Shown here: positions 56,520-59,298 of the stretch, one piece after another
Layout: each line of letters begins with the position of its first letter
How positions within the stretch are numbered: the stretch's first letter is position 1
From: Aplysia californica
Taxonomy: Eukaryota
DNA length: 59,298 nt
NCBI RefSeq assembly: GCF_000002075.1
Contig: NW_004797669.1
Span: 288,481-347,778, forward strand
Direction of reading: 5' to 3'
The notes under the pieces: generated by a model
Told to the model about the DNA's origin: nothing
The model's input: only the letters and a program-made list of their open reading frames with translations
The model's database searches: none
Translations under genes and position numbers: made by a program

Positions 56520-58593
56520 CTGTTAAACAAAGAATAAACTGTTAATATTGTAAATTTCAGTGAATAGAAGTAGTCACTTGGTTCACGTGTGTGAGAGTGG
56601 AAGAATGTATCATGAATGAAATGTCCAGGTGTGTTGACATGAGGTTCTCTACTACCTTTTATGTGACTTTTCTGTGAACAAACAGAACGCCATTCAACCT
56701 GTTCTGCATATTTGCAGCTAATGAAAAAGTAGTAGTAGTTGTTATTGCTGTTGTTATCGATCAAGCAACACCTGGGCTCTAGCCCTTCTGTTCAATGCCA
56801 TGTAGTGATAAGTGCAGGTTTGCTGCCGTTGCTGCAATGTTCCATAGAATGTGTTGTTCATGTTGGGTCATGGAGGGAGAAGTGTAGCTCTGATGTCATT
56901 TAGGGCAGTGCAGTGGAAAAGGTGATGATCCACAGTCTCATATATGCATAGTCACTCAAAGGACACATTGGGGATGAAAAATTAGTAAAAGTGTGAACAC
57001 AATATCTGAAGATCATCTCTCTTAGCATTAGAGATTAGTTTATTGTTTTATCCTATCTTCATATTTGCAACTTGTGCTCAAAACTTTTATGTTATTTTTA
57101 TGTACCTACAAATTTGAGCATATAAATGCATAATACCTCCATCTGTCTACTAGGAGGTTACATCCCACTCAGCTCAGGTAAGCCCTGGGTCAAAGCAGCC
57201 AGCCTCCAAATGATCTTAATTGTGTTGATAAGGACATGAAACACACACAACCACACATTTTTGCCCTTTACCTCTGTACATGGGAGGTTCTCTCGGTGGA
57301 CTGTGGGGCCTGGCCATGTTTTCTTTGATGACGTCGTCTTTGCAATATGGCACTGGGTCGCAGTCCCAGGATCTTGTGGCTAAAGAGATTAGATAGTAAA
57401 AACAATATGCGTAAATTTGCTTGTCGTTTGAGATTGACTAAAGAGAAGCACATTAACACCACTATAACTGTCATTTAGTGGGCAGGAAAGCAAGAAAGAC
57501 AGGCAGAAACAACAGAGGGGAAGAAAAGTAATAGAACTTACCAGTGGCGCCCTCCAACCACTCATCTAAATTTTTTTCATTGACACTTGAAAAGCCAAAC
57601 TAAGTACAAGTAATGTAAAGGTGATACAGTTATAACAAATCCTAAACAATTACAAATGACAAATTATGAAATTGTTAACTATCCATCCCAGTTCTCCCCC
57701 TTCATTATCCTGCAATCTTTGATTCCACCCTTCAGTTGCATACCCCCCNNNNNNNNNNNNNNNNNNNNNNNNNNNNNNNNNNNNNNNNNNNNNNNNNNNN
57801 NNNNNNNNNNNNNNNNNNNNNNNNNNNNNNNNNNNNNNNNNNNNNNNNNNNNNNNNNNNNNNNNNNNNNNNNNNNNNNNNNNNNNNNNNNNNNNNNNNNN
57901 NNCCAAAACACACACACACACACCACACACAGACCCAAAAATATTTCTGCTCCGTTGAATGTTCCAATAAAATGACAGTGAAGACGAGGGGTAAAAACAA
58001 TGTTTTAAGATTTAGCGTGAAACTATTATCCAACGTAGAGAAGCCTTGCACAACATTCAATACTTTAACCACTTCACTGTTAGGCCTTACACATGTTGTG
58101 AACTACATGTATATATAGAATGCACTACGCAGTCATGCGACATCAGTAACTATGACAATGAAAGGGTTTTAAAAAAAACAACAACGAAATGCACACTAAC
58201 CTATTCGAGACGCAGCGCCATTGAGCTCCGTCAGCACCCCAGGAGGCTGAGTGTCCATCATGGTGACGTCAGCAGGAGAACCGTGGAACTGAACAGCGTC
58301 CATATAGTGGTGATGTCTGCTGACCTCTGCCCTGGTCGTCTGCGGCATGAGGAGGGAGGAGGACGACGACGACGATCCCAGCTGATGCTGCTGCTGTTGT
58401 TGCTGCTGCTGCTGCTGTTCAAGCTGTTGTTGCTGTTGCTGCTGTTGGAGCTGTGTGGCCAGGTGTGAGCTGAGCTGTCGCTCCCTGAGAGGGTCCATGA
58501 GACTAGAGGGTCTCTGCTCCCCTGGGACCATGTCCATCTCCGATCTGAGGACATGCTGGTGCTGGTGGATGTGGCGGTCGTCGGTGCGGAGTT
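54814..58593 (-). CDS. RUNX: Runt-related transcription factor (Runx), last three coding exons (~735 aa); Runt domain is right of the window
   Basis: complement(join(58201..58593,57272..57379,54814..56519)), all phase 1. The protein ends SVWRPY*, the diagnostic Runx Groucho/TLE-binding terminus. The region is Pro/Ser/Thr-rich and has a PPxY motif (EPPMY). Confidence 0.85.
57272..57379 (-). CDS. RUNX: Runx internal exon (ATRSWDCDPVPYCKDDVIKENMARPHSPPREPPMYR)
   Basis: Acceptor ctttag, donor gtaaag. 108 nt, symmetric phase 1. Confidence 0.75.
58201..58593 (-). CDS. RUNX: Runx internal exon with polyQ/polyS (LRTDDRHIHQ...QQQQ...GAASRI)
   Basis: Acceptor ttccag, donor gttagt. GC-rich coding composition. 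Confidence 0.82.
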
Positions 58594-58877
58594 CTGGAAG
58601 CAAAGATTATACAAATACAAATGTTTTACTCCTCCATTAATACAATTTAGGTTGTTTTTTGTGAGAGAAAACAACCAAAACAAAGATATTCAAGAGCTTA
58701 AATGTTTATTAACGCCTCAATTAAAACAATTTTTGTTTTGTGTGTGTGTGTCTTCTTCTTCTTCTTCCTCGTTCTCGATGACAGCAGCTAGACAGTCAGT
58801 CCGATGTCGCGTACAAACTGTGTAGTTTGCTTCAACTCTGAAAGACTGCCATATCCACGTCTGTGAGCGAAGGGTGT

Positions 58878-58962
<85 letters not shown>

Positions 58963-59298
58963 CCCCAAAGAGGACGAGTGCACATGGGTTGTCGTCTGCC
59001 AGACATGACGTCATGACATGGCTGCTCATCGCCTGGTAGTGACTGCGCCAAACTGAGCACATCTGATCGCTGGCAAACTGCTCACCCCCGCAGAAAACAC
59101 CTGTGGCCTTCCCGAACCTCATTTCACGATCCAATCACTAGACTCCGGTGGAAAAAAATTGTCATGTCACTCCACCAGACTGCCTGTTTAGATACTTTTT
59201 TTTGGGAGGGGGGGGAGGGTTATGTCGTTATTCAGCGTCTTACTACTCCCTACCACCACCCCCTCCCCCTTAAAAAAATGAAAATAGAAAAAGAAAAA

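Overview
AT-rich, intron-containing eukaryotic DNA from an invertebrate animal. The repeat landscape looks mollusc/gastropod-like, which is an inference. Four protein-coding genes can be built by hand with phase-consistent splice sites. (1) SPAG17/PF6 (central-pair ciliary protein), minus strand, first 12 coding exons (~638 aa), ATG at 19393, running off the left edge and including one GC-AG intron. (2) An intronless MECR (mitochondrial trans-2-enoyl-ACP/CoA reductase), plus strand, 19561-20664, head-to-head with SPAG17 with 167 bp between the ATGs. (3) TTLL2 (tubulin polyglutamylase family), minus strand, 34114 to ~47588, 7-8 coding exons. (4) The last three exons of a Runx gene ending in VWRPY, minus strand, 54814-58593; the Runt domain lies beyond the right edge. 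Non-coding space holds pogo/Tigger, piggyBac-like and other MITEs, at least three SINE families, a ~180-bp retroposon with target-site duplications, micro- and minisatellites, and short N gaps. The most unusual observations are: a TTLL2 intron built from two minisatellites amplified from its own splice junctions, next to an AG|GTGAGT recursive-splice-like site; a fixed-length headless retroposon sharing a 3' stem-loop with a SINE; TAGATCTA clusters in first introns; and the compact bidirectional promoter of the intronless MECR. All gene identities come from recalled family sequences and motifs, not from database searches.
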